A stretch of DNA of 63,635 bases, counting the filler, from Thraustochytrium aureum (taxonomy: Eukaryota): assembly GCA_012862495.1 (NCBI GenBank). It is 5 parts of 4 records of this genome, joined end to end, with 100 filler letters (N's around TTAATTAATTAA, not from the genome) between each part and the next. Parts side by side here need not be neighbours in the genome. Positions count along the whole stretch, not along the records: positions 1 to 27,785 come from BLSG01000009.1; positions 27,886 to 43,681 come from BLSG01000011.1; 3 more parts are not named here. One strand, given 5' to 3'. Of this stretch, positions 21,747 to 34,561 are shown piece after piece. A program made the position numbers and the translations under genes. Positions within the stretch are counted from its first letter, which is position 1. Every line of letters begins with the position of its first letter. Under the pieces are notes generated by a model. The model had not been told where the DNA came from. It saw nothing but the letters and a program-made list of their open reading frames with translations, and did no database searches.

Positions 21747-23060
21747 CGCGCCTCGCGTCGAGCAGAGCGACCTGGTGCNNNNNNNNNNNNNNNNNNNNNN
21801 NNNNNNNNNNNNNNNNNNNNNNNNNNNNNNNNNNNNNNNNNNNNNNNNNNNNNNNNNNNNNNNNNNNNNNNNNNNNNNNNNNNNNNNNNNNNNNNNNNNN
21901 NNNNNNNNNNNNNNNNNNNNNNNNNNNNNNNNNNNNNNNNNNNNNNNNNNNNNNNNNNNNNNNNNNNNNNNNNNNNNNNNNNNNNNNNNNNNNNNNNNNN
22001 NNNNNNNNNNNNNNNNNNNNNNNNNNNNNNNNNNNNNNNNNNNNNNNNNNNNNNNNNNNNNNNNNNNNNNNNNNNNNNNNNNNNNNNNNNNNNNNNNNNN
22101 NNNNNNNNNNNNNNNNNNNNNNNNNNNNNNNNNNNNNNNNNNNNNNNNNNNNNNNNNNNNNNNNNNNNNNNNNNNNNNNNNNNNNNNNNNNNNNNNNNNN
22201 NNNNNNNNNNNNNNNNNNNNNNNNNNNNNNNNNNNNNNNNNNNNNNNNNNNNNNNNNNNNNNNNNNNNNNNNNNNNNNNNNNNNNNNNNNNNNNNNNNNN
22301 NNNNNNNNNNNNNNNNNNNNNNNNNNNNNNNNNNNNNNNNNNNNNNNNNNNNNNNNNNNNNNNNNNNNNNNNNNNNNNNNNNNNNNNNNNNNNNNNNNNN
22401 NNNNNNNNNNNNNNNNNNNNNNNNNNNNNNNNNNNNNNNNNNNNNNNNNNNNNNNNNNNNNNNNNNNNNNNNNNNNNNNNNNNNNNNNNNNNNNNNNNNN
22501 NNNNNNNNNNNNNNNNNNNNNNNNNNNNNNNNNNNNNNNNNNNNNNNNNNNNNNNNNNNNNNNNNNNNNNNNNNNNNNNNNNNNNNNNNNNNNNNNNNNN
22601 NNNNNNNNNNNNNNNNNNNNNNNNNNNNNNNNNNNNNNNNNNNNNNNNNNNNNNNNNNNNNNNNNNNNNNNCATTTCTGCTCGGCCGAGACTGTCACACC
22701 AGGAAGCAGTCCATCCGGAAAATCTCGCACAACCCTAGGCGCCGACGAGCAGCGTCGCAAGGCGTCGCTGACATGAGTGCGTGCTGCTGCCAGCGGGCCA
22801 AGGAGCATCCTCCGTGGCCGGCTCGAGCTGACCTGCTCCAGCGTCAGTCATGGCCGCCACGACGGCACGGCAACCGCGCTCGTCACAGTGTGCCCAACTG
22901 TGACGAGAGGAGCAGACTGGGCGGCGCCGCGATGCAGCCTCACGTCACGTTACCACTCAACGTGACGAGGGCGCGCCGCGCGCCGCTGGACGAGCACTTT
23001 GGCGGAGACCGCAGGCAGTGCCGTGGCGGGCGGGCGGGCGAGGACGACGCGCGCCGCAGG

Positions 23061-23533
23061 ATGCTTTTCAACCTGTTTATCGTCAACAAGGCCGGCGGGC
23101 TGATCTTCCACAAGGTACGTTTTCGGTCGGCGGCGTGCGGGTCGTCGGCCGCCGCGGCGGGCTGACGCGCGTCGCGACGCAGGCCTTCTCGCAGACGGCG
23201 CAGCTGGGAGGCAACGACACGCTGCGGCTGGCGTCGACGTTTCACTCGCTGTATGCGATTGCGGCGCAGATCTCGCCCGTGGCAGGGTCGAGCGGCATCG
23301 AGGTGCTGCAGACGGACACGTTCAAGCTCTCGTGCTTTCAGACGCTTACAGGGATCAAGTTTTTTGTCACAGCAGACCAAGCTGCCAAGGACCTCGACGG
23401 CTTCTTGCGCAAGGTCTACGAGCTCTATGCCGACTATGTGCTCAAGAATCCGTTCTATGAGCTGGACCAGGTGATCAAGTGCGACCTGTTCGACCTTCAC
23501 CTCGAGGCTTTTGCGGGTGCCAAGTTCACGTGA
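23061..23533 (+). CDS. TRAPPC4: TRAPP subunit 4 (Trs23/synbindin); intron 23115-23182
   Basis: [56 protein letters not shown] intron. Confidence 0.92.
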
Positions 23534-24500
23534 AGGGCGCCCCGGCCACGGGGAGGCGAAGGGACGCGCGGCACGGTAGCCCCCCATCCCCCCTCTTTAA
23601 AGGCTAGCGAGCGGGGACGCGATAGAAGACGTACAGGCACTCTAGTTACTCTACGCGGTTCACTTTTGTCGCGTAGCCAACCACTCCCTTGTGGAGGGTC
23701 TTGCGAAGGTCGGCCTGCCCCTCCGCGAGGACGAACTTGCCAAGCTCGAGCGAAATCCGCTCAAGCCGCTGGTTGCGCTGCAGGCGTCCCGAAGGTGCCC
23801 AGCTCCGAAGTTGCCGCAGGTGGCCCGTCAAGCCGTAGCAAAACCGCTTGCGAAGCAGCAATTCGCGATCGAGTTCGCAGGCGGCGGAGCGGATAGGCGC
23901 ACNNNNNNNNNNNNNNNNNNNNNNNNNNNNNNNNNNNNNNNNNNNNNNNNNNNNNNNNNNNNNNNNNNNNNNNNNNNNNNNNNNNNNNNNNNNNNNNNNN
24001 NNNNNNNNNNNNNNNNNNNNNNNNNNNNNNNNNNNNNNNNNNNNNNNNNNNNNNNNNNNNNNNNNNNNNNNNNNNNNNNNNNNNNNNNNNNNNNNNNNNN
24101 NNNNNNNNNNNNNNNNNNNNNNNNNNNNNNNNNACAGGAGGAGCCCCTGCCATGCCAGCTCGGCCACGTACCCCATGCCTTGATGTCGCGGGAGCTGTTG
24201 ATCGCCGCCGATTGGACGCGGAGGGCACGCTCGCCGCGGCCGCACTTGCGAACAGCGACACGTTGGGCTGGCACGCTCGTCGGCGACGAACCGACGCCAA
24301 ACCATTGCTGAGGCTGAGATCGCCAAATTGCCTCATGAGCGGCAATTCGAGAGGATGGGAGTTGCTGACAAGCACAGTCTCGGTCTCGAAGGTTTTCTCG
24401 GAGCTGGAGCACGACTCTGGTTTGATGACGCTGGCGCATCCGCTGGAAAACGCGAGAACGCGACAGGGGCGGCGGTGGGAGGGTGGCGCGACCCAGTTCA

Positions 24501-24594
24501 GAACACAATGCATGGCGAGTACTCTACGTTAGGCTGGAACACAATTCATGGCGAGTACCTACGTTAGGTTGGAACACAATTCATGGCGAGTACG
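24501..24594. repeat. About 35-36 bp tandem repeat, 2.7 copies (GAACACAATTCATGGCGAGTACCTACGTTAGGTTG)
   Basis: Copies start at 24501, 24537 and 24572. Confidence 0.85.
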
Positions 24595-24615
24595 TAGGTA
24601 CATAAATTCGAAGGA

Positions 24616-27600
24616 TTATTCTTGCTCGCTGTCCTCAATGGCATGTTCATATATGTACTCGTCTGCCAGCGCGTCCTCGTGCAGCCACGAGTCCGAGGAG
24701 ACCTCGGCTTGCTCGAGGTCAGCCTCGACGTCGCCGGCGACGGCCGCAGCGCTTGGCCACGTCTCTGCGATTGCGGTCGGAGCAACCAACTGCGAGCTGG
24801 CAGGGCCAGCCGTCGAGGCCACAAGGGCCTCCGACTCTGCAGGACTCGACCTGACCAGCGTGCAAGTCCCGGGTACGCTGCCGCCGGCCTCCAGGAGGCT
24901 CGGTTCGGCGTTCGTGCCGACAGGCAGAGCATCTCCTGGCGCAGCGACCTCGTCAAGCGGCTCGTCCAGCGACTTGGCAGCATCTAGCAGACTGACTTGC
25001 TCGCTCGACGCGGCCTCGGCGTCGGCAGCCTCGCTGGCCTACGGCCGCCGGTCGCCGCAACGGCAACGGGCGTGGTGGCGGCAGCGGCAGCCTGCTCCAA
25101 AGCCCCGCCACCTTGGCGTGCCCTCCGGCGAGCGCAAGCTCTAGGGCCGTCTTTCCCGAGCACCACTCGACTCCGGCTATCTCGGGCCGCCGGTTCGAGA
25201 CGGCCTCCGTCGGCGAGACGAGCTCCTGGTAGCCGTCCACGGGCTGCGCGGTGGCCTCCGCGGCGGCGTCGCCCAGGCCTTGGGCGTCGGTGCTGGAGGC
25301 TTGCGCGCCATCTGTTGCTGGTTCGGGCGATCCGGGTGTATCTGGCTCCTCAAAGAATTCGCTCAGATCTGCCAGCTCTGCACCATACATGGCCAGAGCC
25401 GCCCTCTCGCTCACCTCTGGGCCATCTTCCATCGCAGCAGTGTGCTTCGACCGCTTGTGACGCATTCTGCCAACCAGGGATGAGAGCGGCTTGCCGATCT
25501 TTTTCCGGGCCAAAGTCAGCCGGCCGGCTCTGGGCTGAGCGGTAGAAGCGGTGCGGCTGCTCGGTTCGCCGGCCCTCGCCTCTGCGGCTGGAGCTGGGAT
25601 AGCTGAGGCTTCGCTTGCGACCGCACCCTCCCCTGCCGCGGCAGAGGCGTCAGGCTCTCGACGCGCGGCGGTGGCGCTTCGAGCCTGTAGCTGCGCTGGC
25701 CGCTTCGCGCTGGTCCTTGAGCCGCGCCTCGAACACGGACGGCCACTCGAGCAGAATCTGCACAATCTCCTCGTGCCCCCGCGCCGCGGCCATGTGCAGG
25801 GGCGTGGACCCGTTCTTGGTCCGTAGGCTCGACAAGGCGCCGGCTTCGAGCAGAGCCTTGGTCAGGTCCACATCCCCTCGCTCGCACGCGACGTGGAGCG
25901 GGCGCAAGCCGTCCTTGTTGGCATGTTGGGCTTTGCGCGGCTCAAAAAACACCCCCCGGCGGGCCCTCGTCCAGCAAGTTTAGCAGGACGAGCGCAACGT
26001 TGGCTGGCCCGACTGGGTGGCCAGTAAGAGCGGAGTGTTGCCTTGGTCGTCACAATCGGCCACGTCAGGCTCGAACTCGAGCAGACTCAACACCAGAGGC
26101 ATGGCGTCCGCAGGCGCCGGCGTGGCGCACGCCAACGCGAACGGCGTGCGGCCGTCCTCGTCCCGCTGCGCCAGCAACGAGCTTTGCGAGCGGTGCCCCA
26201 TCATGCTTCGCAAGCGCTCAACGCCGAACCGCTCGAAGGGCGTGTCGAACTCGGTCGCGTCGAAGAGCGACGAGGAGAGGTCAAACTTGTAGGCGTGCAT
26301 CGAGATGAGGTGGAGCGCTTTGGCGTCGTTGCCGAGCACGGCTTGGTGGAGCGCGTTGCGCCGCGGCGCTCCGGCGCTCTTGGTAATCTCGCTCCACATG
26401 CTCGGGTTTACCGCGTCCAGGAGAACCTCCAGGACCTCGCTCTGCCCGCAGTACGCGGCGAGCTCGAGCGCATTCATGCCCTTGCAGCCGGGCAGCGGCC
26501 GTGTGAGGGCTGTGCTCAGCCGCCTGCGCCGGAGCGTGCCAAGGATCGTTTGCACGAGCTTGACTTGACCGCGCGCGATGGCCTCGTGCAGGCTGAACGC
26601 GTCGTTCTCGCGCTCGTGCAGCTTGTTCGGGATAAAGCANNNNNNNNNNNNNNNNNNNNNNNNNNNNNNNNNNNNNNNNNNNNNNNNNNNNNNNNNNNNN
26701 NNNNNNNNNNNNNNNNNNNNNNNNNNNNNNNNNNNNNNNNNNNGCCGAGCGCACATGAGCTGCGCGGCCACTCCGGCCGCGAAGGGCCGCTCGCTGCCCG
26801 AAACACTGCACAGCGCGCTGCCGTCATCCGCCGCTTCTCCGCACGGCGACTTGCCGCGTCTCGGGCTTGCGCCGCCGATGATGCGGCGCGTTGCTGGCGA
26901 AGTCAGGGCGTCTGCCAGGGGCGCTTTGCCGAGGGCGAGGAGCGGGTCCTCGTCATCCTCGCCGGGCTTGGCGCCGCGCGCCGGCCGCCCCAGCCAGTGC
27001 CGCGGGCCGCCCTTCGCGGTGCTGCCCCCGCTCTTGAGCGAGCAGAGCGAGAAAGATACCGGCAACCTGCCAAAGTAGTCTTTGACGTCCAGCACCATTT
27101 CGCTCCTGGCAAAAGTAGCCACTATTTCCTCCTGCGTCATGGCGACCTTGTCCGCGTTGGGAGCCGCTCTATCTGCCGAGGCGTGCGCTGCGCCCTCGGC
27201 CTCTCCGCGCGCGCGCTTCCACATGTGGCGCGGCCTGAGCATCTTGGCCAGTAGCCGGTCTCTTACGCCCCCTGGCGCGTCCCCGCCGAGCTTGGCAGCC
27301 GTTTGCGACGCGGCTTTGGCGCCCTTGTCGCCGGCGGGGCGGAACAGGACCTGATGCTGCGTGCAGTTCGGGCAGTTTACCGGGTCACTGCACGCCGAGC
27401 CCGCCGGGCAGGACGATCCGAGCGCGCCAAACCACCACCGCGAGCCCGAGTCTTCGTTCTTGAGAATTTTGGTGCTGCTGCTGGCGCTCCTCATTATTCT
27501 CCAGCGCGCGGCCCCAGAACACGGCCTCCTTGCACTGCCCGTCCACCTCCACGCGGCACTTGACCTGCTGCACCGTTGGATTCGCCGCGCCGACCAGCCC

Positions 27601-27726
27601 GGGGCCAGCAGGCTCGTGCAAGAACCCGCCATGAACCTGCACGTACAGCTTGCCGCCGCAGTCCCCGCGGCTCCCGCCCCACAACATCGGCACGTTCCAG
27701 GCGGCGCTCGGGCACGCGTCTGGCAC
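24616..27726 (-). CDS. Large ankyrin-repeat protein (gap, indels, probable introns; boundaries approximate)
   Basis: Ankyrin motifs GMNALELAA, RNALHQAV, GRTPFALAC, GNTPLLLA, GLRPLHVAC, GSTPLHMAA, GKTALELA spread over successive frames; acidic C-terminus ending at 24616. Confidence 0.65.
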
Positions 27727-27829
27727 GAAGGACCAGGAGAGCGACCAGCAAGCGGGAGAGCGAGCGGGAGAGCGACCAGCAAGCGNNNNNNNNNNNNNNN
27801 NNNNNNNNNNNNNNNNNNNNNNNNNNNNN

Positions 27830-27841
27830 TTAATTAATTAA
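27830..27841. other. Artificial contig linker TTAATTAATTAA flanked by Ns
   Basis: Six-frame-stop linker; identical copies at 43726, 50116 and 62548. Confidence 0.95.
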
Positions 27842-27885
27842 NNNNNNNNNNNNNNNNNNNNNNNNNNNNNNNNNNNNNNNNNNNN

Positions 27886-28837
27886 TGAGGGTCTCCATCG
27901 TGGGCTCGAGGTCCTCCATGAGCTTGTCCATCGAGTCGCGGAGGTCGCTGAAGAGGGTCGGGTTGAACGCGTCGGTGATCAGCCTGAGCGGGCCGCGCAC
28001 TGCGGCGTACTGCGCACCGCAGGACTTCATGGAGGCTTCCATTGCCTTTAGCTTTGCAATGGGGTCCTGCACACCTTCCTCCAAAAGCTTGTTGTCGTCG
28101 CAGGTGGCCGACGCATTGGCACACGTAATCGCATCTTTGTACGACAGGGACAGCGTGTTGCCGCCTTGACTGAGCTTGTTGTACCCCGCCGCTGTCTGGA
28201 GGAGCCGCTGTCCCGCCGTGGTCATCGCAGAGGAGAGTTCAAAGAGCATCGTGTTGAGCCCGTTGAGGATCGTCGAGATGGTGTCCATGACTTCAGACAT
28301 GGCGTCGAACACGCGAACGACGACGTCGATGATCTTGCCGACCACCGGGATGGACTTGGCGAGGTTTTTCACGCGGTTGAGGGACGTGGCCATGGTCGAA
28401 GTCATCGACGCAGAGGCGGCCATCACGGACGAGACCACCTCGCTGACGCCAGCGACGTTGTTCAGGACCGAGACCGCGGACGTGACGTCATTGACGATGC
28501 TGTTGGCATGCGCGGAGCAAACGGTGGCTGCGTTTGTGGCGTTGACCAGCGCGTTGGCGAAGGCGGTGGCGGACTTGAGCTGCTGAATGTCAGGCGTGCA
28601 GGTGGGGTCTTGGGGCGCTGGGCCGTTGAGCCGGCGGGCCTTGCCAGCGACAGCGCTGGTCTGTAGCTGCTCGTCCTGGTCGTTAAACCAGGGGCTCTGG
28701 TCGACCGTGTCCAGTTCGGCGCTGGTGAGGAGGCGGGTCGGCGCGGTTGTCGGCGCTGTCGTGTCGTTGGTGGCAGTTGCGACGTGGGCGAGATGCACGG
28801 CGGCGACCAGGGCCACGACGGCTTTGGAAAGCTGCAT
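27886..28837 (-). CDS. Secreted Ala/Thr/Ser-rich helical protein of unknown function (3' truncated)
   Basis: Signal-peptide-like start MQLSKAVVALVAAVHLAHVATA, strong GC3 codon bias, long amphipathic helices. Confidence 0.65.
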
Positions 28838-29995
28838 CTTGGCTGATGTCGTCGTTCTCGATACTGGTTGTTGCTTGTTGCTTGCTTGCTTGTGTTGTTG
28901 TTGCTTGCTTGAGTTGTTGTTGTTGTTGTTGTTGCGGGTTTGCTGCAGGTAGGGCGATGGGCGCAGCCGTGGTCTTGCTCGCCTCGGCTACGACAGGCAC
29001 CACGATGAGTATCTACTAGGCTTTGGTGATCCACANNNNNNNNNNNNNNNNNNNNNNNNNNNNNNNNNNNNNNNNNNNNNNNNNNNNNNNNNNNNNNNNN
29101 NNNNNNNNNNNNNNNNNNNNNNNNNNNNNNNNNNNNNNNNNNNNNNNNNNNNNNNNNNNNNNNNNNNNNNNNNNNNNNNNNNNNNNNNNNNNNNNNNNNN
29201 NNNNNNNNNNNNNNNNNNNNNNNNNNNNNNNNNNNNNNNNNNNNNNNNNNNNNNNNNNNNNNNNNNNNNNNNNNNNNNNNNNNNNNNNNNNNNNNNNNNN
29301 NNNNNNNNNNNNNNNNNNNNNNNNNNNNNNNNNNNNNNNNNNNNNNNNNNNNNNNNNNNNNNNNNNNNNNNNNNNNNNNNNNNNNNNNNNNNNNNNNNNN
29401 NNNNNNNNNNNNNNNNNNNNNNNNNNNNNNNNNNNNNNNNNNNNNNNNNNNNNNNNNNNNNNNNNNNNNNNNNNNNNNNNNNNNNNNNNNNNNNNNNNNN
29501 NNNNNNNNNNNNNNNNNNNNNNNNNNNNNNNNNNNNNNNNNNNNNNNNNNNNNNNNNNNNNNNNNNNNNNNNNNNNNNNNNNNNNNNNNNNNNNNNNNNN
29601 NNNNNNNNNNNNNNNNNNNNNNNNNNNNNNNNNNNNNNNNNNNNNNNNNNNNNNNNNNNNNNNNNNNNNNNNNNNNNNNNNNNNNNNNNNNNNNNNNNNN
29701 NNNNNNNNNNNNNNNNNNNNNNNNNNNNNNNNNNNNNNNNNNNNNNNNNNNNNNNNNNNNNNNNNNNNNNNNNNNNNNNNNNNNNNNNNNNNNNNNNNNN
29801 NNNNNNNNNNNNNNNNNNNNNNNNNNNNNNNNNNNNNNNNNNNNNNGTTTTGCTCCTCAAATTGCATCGTCGCGCGCTTTGCTGCTCGCTGGGCTTGAGA
29901 CTTTCGGGCAGGGTAGCCGTGCTCAATGGAGCGACGAACGGCCGCGCGCCCAGGAGCCAGTCGCGCCAGCACTCTTTTGCGCAAACGATGGCTGA

Positions 29996-31835
29996 TCACA
30001 GCAGCTTGCGCATGCGTTCCTCCTCGGCGCAAAACTGGTCGAGCAAGTCGAGGCGCGTGCTCGCCCATTCGCGGCACGCTCTACGCTCCGTCTCAAGCTT
30101 TTGCTCAAGGACGTCGTTCCGCGCACGCTCCTGGAGCAAAGTTTCGTGAACCGCGTCAAGCTTGAATGCGGCTTGCTCGAGCCGCGCCTCGGTGGTGCTG
30201 TGCTGTGTGGCGAGACGTTGGCGCGCCAAGTTGGCATTTTCGAGCTCTTTGTCCTTGCGAAGCAGAGTGGCCCGCGCTGCCTTGTGCGCCGCAGACTCTT
30301 GTTGCAGCAGATCCTCGGTCTGCTCCAACTTGCGGCGGGCCTCCTCGAGCTCGGATTCCTTGTACGCGAGCTGTTTGTCTGATGCCGCAAGGCGCTCGCC
30401 CAGGTCGCGCGACCGCGCCCCTTGCTGGCGCTCCGCCTCAAGCAGCTGCTTGCGAAGCACAACAATGTTCTCCTCAAGCTCCTCGACGGTGCCGCTGAGC
30501 ATTCGCGCACGCTCTTCTGCGGCCGCGAGCGCCTCGCGCGAGCCCTTGAGCGTGGCCGCCTGAGCCTCAAGCGTGGCCTCGAGCGCGCGCGCCCTTGTCG
30601 ACGGCCTCCTCGCGGTCGCCCTGGACGGCATCAAAGCCACGCTCAAGCGCGGCGTACCGGTCCGCCGACTTGGCGCGCTCGGTCTCGACGGTCTCGCGAG
30701 ACTCTTCGAGGAGGCGCGTCACACGGTCCAGCTCAACGGCGAGTTGCTTGGCCTTGTGCTCTTCGGCAACGGCGCGCGCTTCGACAAGCTGCACCTGCTC
30801 GCGGAGCATTTCCTCCAACTTGTCGGCCTCGGCGCGAGCCGTTTCCTTGCGCGCCTTTTCTTGCTCGAGGGAGCTCCGCAAGAAATCTTCGGTGGCTTGC
30901 GAGCTGTCGCGGAGCGCCTCGAGCTTGGCCTCGCGCTCTGAGGCGCGCTGCTCAAGCTTGCGCACGCGCTCCTGTGCGATTTCCAGCTCGCCAAAAAGCC
31001 GTCCTTGCGCGTCGACCGTCTCCTGCGCGGTGCGCAGCTGGTCGCGGAGACTCTCGTTCTGCTGGGCCAGGCCTTTGATTTTTGCGTCTTTCTTGAACAG
31101 CTCACCGCGCATCCGCTCGAGCGCAAAGCGCTGTCCGCGCAGCTTTTGCAACGATTGTTGGATCTTGCCGAGGTCGTTCCACTGCATCATCGTGGAAAAG
31201 CCGTCTTCATGGGGATGGTGCTCGCTGCCAAAGCGCGCTGCGCCGCTTGCTCCGCCGTGCGCAGCTCTTGCGGTGGCTACCATGCGCACCTCCTGCCGCT
31301 TGGCGCTCTGCATTTCGTACGCTGAGCTGCCGTGCAAAGGCGGGTCAAACGAGAGCCGTGACGGCGGCATCGGCGTCAGCTCTTGCGGGTTCTGGATCGG
31401 AGCGGCCTCGGCCGAGCCAGTGCGCCTGCGGTTGGGCGTCTCGCCTGCGAGCCCTCTGCTGTCCCGGGACGGGCTTGGGCTCGGCTTTGGCGCCAGGACG
31501 CGGTCTGCGACGAGCACGGAGTACGCCTTCTTCATGGCCTGCAGTCTCCCGAGCTCCTTTTCGACCATGGCTTGCGGCATCTTGACGAACGAGACCGTGG
31601 CGCTCCCAACCGCCGCGCCGAGAAGAAACTGGCCCGCGCGTAGCGTGCCGTTCACGGGAAAGCCATCCAGGCCGGTCACGCGGACGCAGTCCTCGCCTTC
31701 GTTGCGCTGCACCCTGATCACCACCCGCTCGTCCACGACGACCTGCACCGGCTCGTTGCGCATCGCCTCCTTATCCCACCTCGCGCCGTACCCAGCGGGG
31801 CTCCTCGCGTCGCCCGCCTCGAGGGCGGCGGCCAT
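29996..31835 (-). CDS. Coiled-coil protein with a small, possibly PDZ-like N-terminal domain (indel near 30600)
   Basis: Long E/R/L/A heptad-rich region spanning two frames (30567..31901 and 29996..30646). Confidence 0.6.
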
Positions 31836-32057
31836 CGCGACGTCGCGTCCACGTCGAGGTCCGTTCACCTCGCACTTTTCCGGGAGACCCAAGCCAGGCA
31901 AGAGCTCGGCCGCGAACGCTCTAACGCGGTCTGCGAGCAGCTCAGCGCGTGCAGAGCAACGCGAGCTGCGCCAGCGGTCAGCCGCTCTGCGTGCGCCGTC
32001 GGTGTGGACTCACGTGCGCTTTCGAGCGCTGCTTTGCCGCAAAGTCTCCAAATCAGC

Positions 32058-32190
32058 AAACCAAAAAGGCAACCAAAAAAACCAACCAAAAAAGGCAACC
32101 AAAAAACCAAACCAAAAAACCCAAACAAAAACCAAACAAAACCAAACAAAAAACCAAACAAACCCCAAACAAAACAAAACAAAGCAAAAA
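32058..32190. repeat. A-rich low-complexity (AAACC/AAAAC)n tract
   Basis: Direct inspection. Confidence 0.85.
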
Positions 32191-33223
32191 ACTTGCTTCA
32201 AGTCGTTGACTTCATCTTGTTGAGCGCGAAAAAGTCGAATTTGCCTCTCACCGGAGGCAGCCGCGAGCGTGAGGGCGAGAGACACGCGGCACGTATGACG
32301 CTGCCCCAGCGTACCCCCCACCCGCCTCGCGCTGCTGTTTCCTAGGCCTGGGCCGACGCGCCGCATGCCCCTTCGCACAAACCGCACGTCTGTGCGGGTC
32401 CTCTGGGGAACGAACATTCAATAGACGCATGCTGCTACCGCGTCTGTATATCGTTGTTCAATATTTAAGTCTTGACATTNNNNNNNNNNNNNNNNNNNNN
32501 NNNNNNNNNNNNNNNNNNNNNNNNNNNNNNNNNNNNNNNNNNNNNNNNNNNNNNNNNNNNNNNNNNNNNNNNNNNNNNNNNNNNNNNNNNNNNNNNNNNN
32601 NNNNNNNNNNNNNNNNNNNNNNNNNNNNNNNNNNNNNNNNNNNNNNNNNNNNNNNNNNNNNNNNNNNNNNNNNNNNNNNNNNNNNNNNNNNNNNNNNNNN
32701 NNNNNNNNNNNNNNNNNNNNNNNNNNNNNNNNNNNNNNNNNNNNNNNNNNNNNNNNNNNNNNNNNNNNNNNNNNNNNNNNNNNNNNNNNNNNNNNNNNNN
32801 NNNNNNNNNNNNNNNNNNNNNNNNNNNNNNNNNNNNNNNNNNNNNNNNNNNNNNNNNNNNNNNNNNNNNNNNNNNNNNNNNNNNNNNNNNNNNNNNNNNN
32901 NNNNNNNNNNNNNNNNNNNNNNNNNNNNNNNNNNNNNNNNNNNNNNNNNNNNNNNNNNNNNNNNNNNNNNNNNNNNNNNNNNNNNNNNNNNNNNNNNNNN
33001 NNNNNNNNNNNNNNNNNNNNNNNNNNNNNNNNNNNNNNNNNNNNNNNNNNNNNNNNNNNNNNNNNNNNNNNNNNNNNNNNNNNNNNNNNNNNNNNNNNNN
33101 NNNNNNNNNNNNNNNNNNNNNNNNNNNNNNNNNNNNNNNNNNNNNNNNNNNNNNNNNNNNNNNNNNNNNNNNNNNNNNNNNNNNNNNNNNNNNNNNNNNN
33201 NNNNNNNNNNNNNNNNNNNNNNN

Positions 33224-34561
33224 CTTGGCCACAGTCGCGTGGATGGCGACAAGCTTGGGCTTGCAGAGGCCGCGGAGGCCGCCGAGGCGCGCGCTGGAAA
33301 CGCCCTCCGAAGCTCGTTCAGCAGCGCTGCAGCTCAGCCATCCCTTGGCGAGGCAGACCCTTGGGGGGCTCATCCCCGGTGCAGTCTGCCCCGGTGCGTC
33401 TCTGCGCTGCTCAACACGGAAAAGCCCGTGTGCAAGGTGGCGCTCGGGGAGGCACATGGCCTCGCCCTGATCGAGTCGGGGCGCGTCTTCTCTTGGGGCG
33501 ACAACACATACGGACAGCTCGGGCTCGGCCACGTGTACGCAGAGCCTGTTCCACTTATTATTGAGAGCCTCGCCAACGTGGTGGAAATCGCCGCAGGCAG
33601 GCGGCACTCCGCCTTCTTGACATCCCCCGGCGCGCTTTTCACGTGCGGATTCAACGCGATGGGCGAGCTGGGACACGGAGACTGCGACGTCCGCATTGCG
33701 CCAACTCCGGTCATGGCCCTCAGCGAGAAGGGGCTCAAGCCCAGCGGGCTCGCCTGCGGGCCTGCCTCGACGGTCGTGTGGACCCGCGTGGCCTCCAAGG
33801 ACTCGACCCTCTGCTTCCAGGACGGTTTGCGGCAGCGCCAGTGCCGCCTCACAAACAAGGACGACCCCTCTGGACCGCTGACCACGGTGACGCGGTGCGC
33901 CGAGGCGGACGGCTACACGTATATCGCGCTGGCAGGGCCTGGCACTGCCCGCGGCTCGTTCACCTGGAACGTGCAGATCGACCGAATTGCCTCGCCCGAG
34001 TTTGCGCTCGGCGTGGGCGTCGCTTCTGCGAGCGCGATGGACCCCTTCATGTTCGACCCGTTCGAGCAGGGCGAATCCTGGCTCTACATGAGCAACGGGG
34101 AGAAGGCTCACTTTGGCGACGCCGAGTCGTACGCAGAGCCCTTCTATGACAAAGACGTCGTTGGCGTGCACCTGGACCTCGACCTGGGCACGCTGCGCTT
34201 TTCTCGCCGCGGTCGTAACCTGGGCCTCGCCTACTACCTCACGGCCACCGAGCAGCTTTACCTCTGTGTCTCGCTGCCAGGAGACAACGACCAGGTCACC
34301 GTGCTCCCTCCAGAGGAGGAAGAGGGCCTCGCCTTGATCGACCCTGGGACCAAGACCTGCTTCAACGAGGAGGGTGTGGACAAGACAACAGGGATCGAGG
34401 TCTTTTACAAATGTGGCCCGTGCGGGCTTTTCATCTGCCGGGCATGCGCGCGGCACTGCGAGCACCGAAGGCACTGCTGTCAGCTCGCCATCAACCATGA
34501 CCCAACGCGAACGCTCTGCGAGTGCGCCGCGACAACCTGTCTCTGCAGAGCTACCCTGTAG
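33224..34561 (+). CDS. RCC1-repeat + SPRY/B30.2 + C-terminal UBR-box-like Cys/His zinc-finger protein (5' part in gap)
   Basis: VFSWGDNTYGQLGLG, AAGRRHS, GFNAMGELGHG; SPRY-like DVVGVHLDLDLGTLRFS.RG..LG.AY; YKCGPC..ICRACARHC.H...CEC. Confidence 0.75.
   Translation, partial: LGHSRVDGDKLGLAEAAEAAEARAGNALRSSFSSAAAQPSLGEADPWGAHPRCSLPRCVSALLNTEKPVCKVALGEAHGLALIESGRVFSWGDNTYGQLGLGHVYAEPVPLIIESLANVVEIAAGRRHSAFLTSPGALFTCGFNAMGELGHGDCDVRIAPTPVMALSEKGLKPSGLACGPASTVVWTRVASKDSTLCFQDGLRQRQCRLTNKDDPSGPLTTVTRCAEADGYTYIALAGPGTARGSFTWNVQIDRIASPEFALGVGVASASAMDPFMFDPFEQGESWLYMSNGEKAHFGDAESYAEPFYDKDVVGVHLDLDLGTLRFSRRGRNLGLAYYLTATEQLYLCVSLPGDNDQVTVLPPEEEEGLALIDPGTKTCFNEEGVDKTTGIEVFYKCGPCGLFICRACARHCEHRRHCCQLAINHDPTRTLCECAATTCLCRATL

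Noticed and set aside
23646..24513. Possible gene spanning the gap at 23903-24133
   Set aside because: Strand and frame could not be determined and no motif was recognised.
27786..27885. Palindromic TTAATTAATTAA flanked by N runs (also 43726, 50116, 62548)
   Set aside because: Artificial six-frame-stop linker joining contigs; gene neighbourhoods across these points carry no meaning.
30595..32223. Long antisense ORFs opposite real genes (also 40338-41645 and 15117-16274)
   Set aside because: Shadow ORFs produced by high GC3 codon bias.
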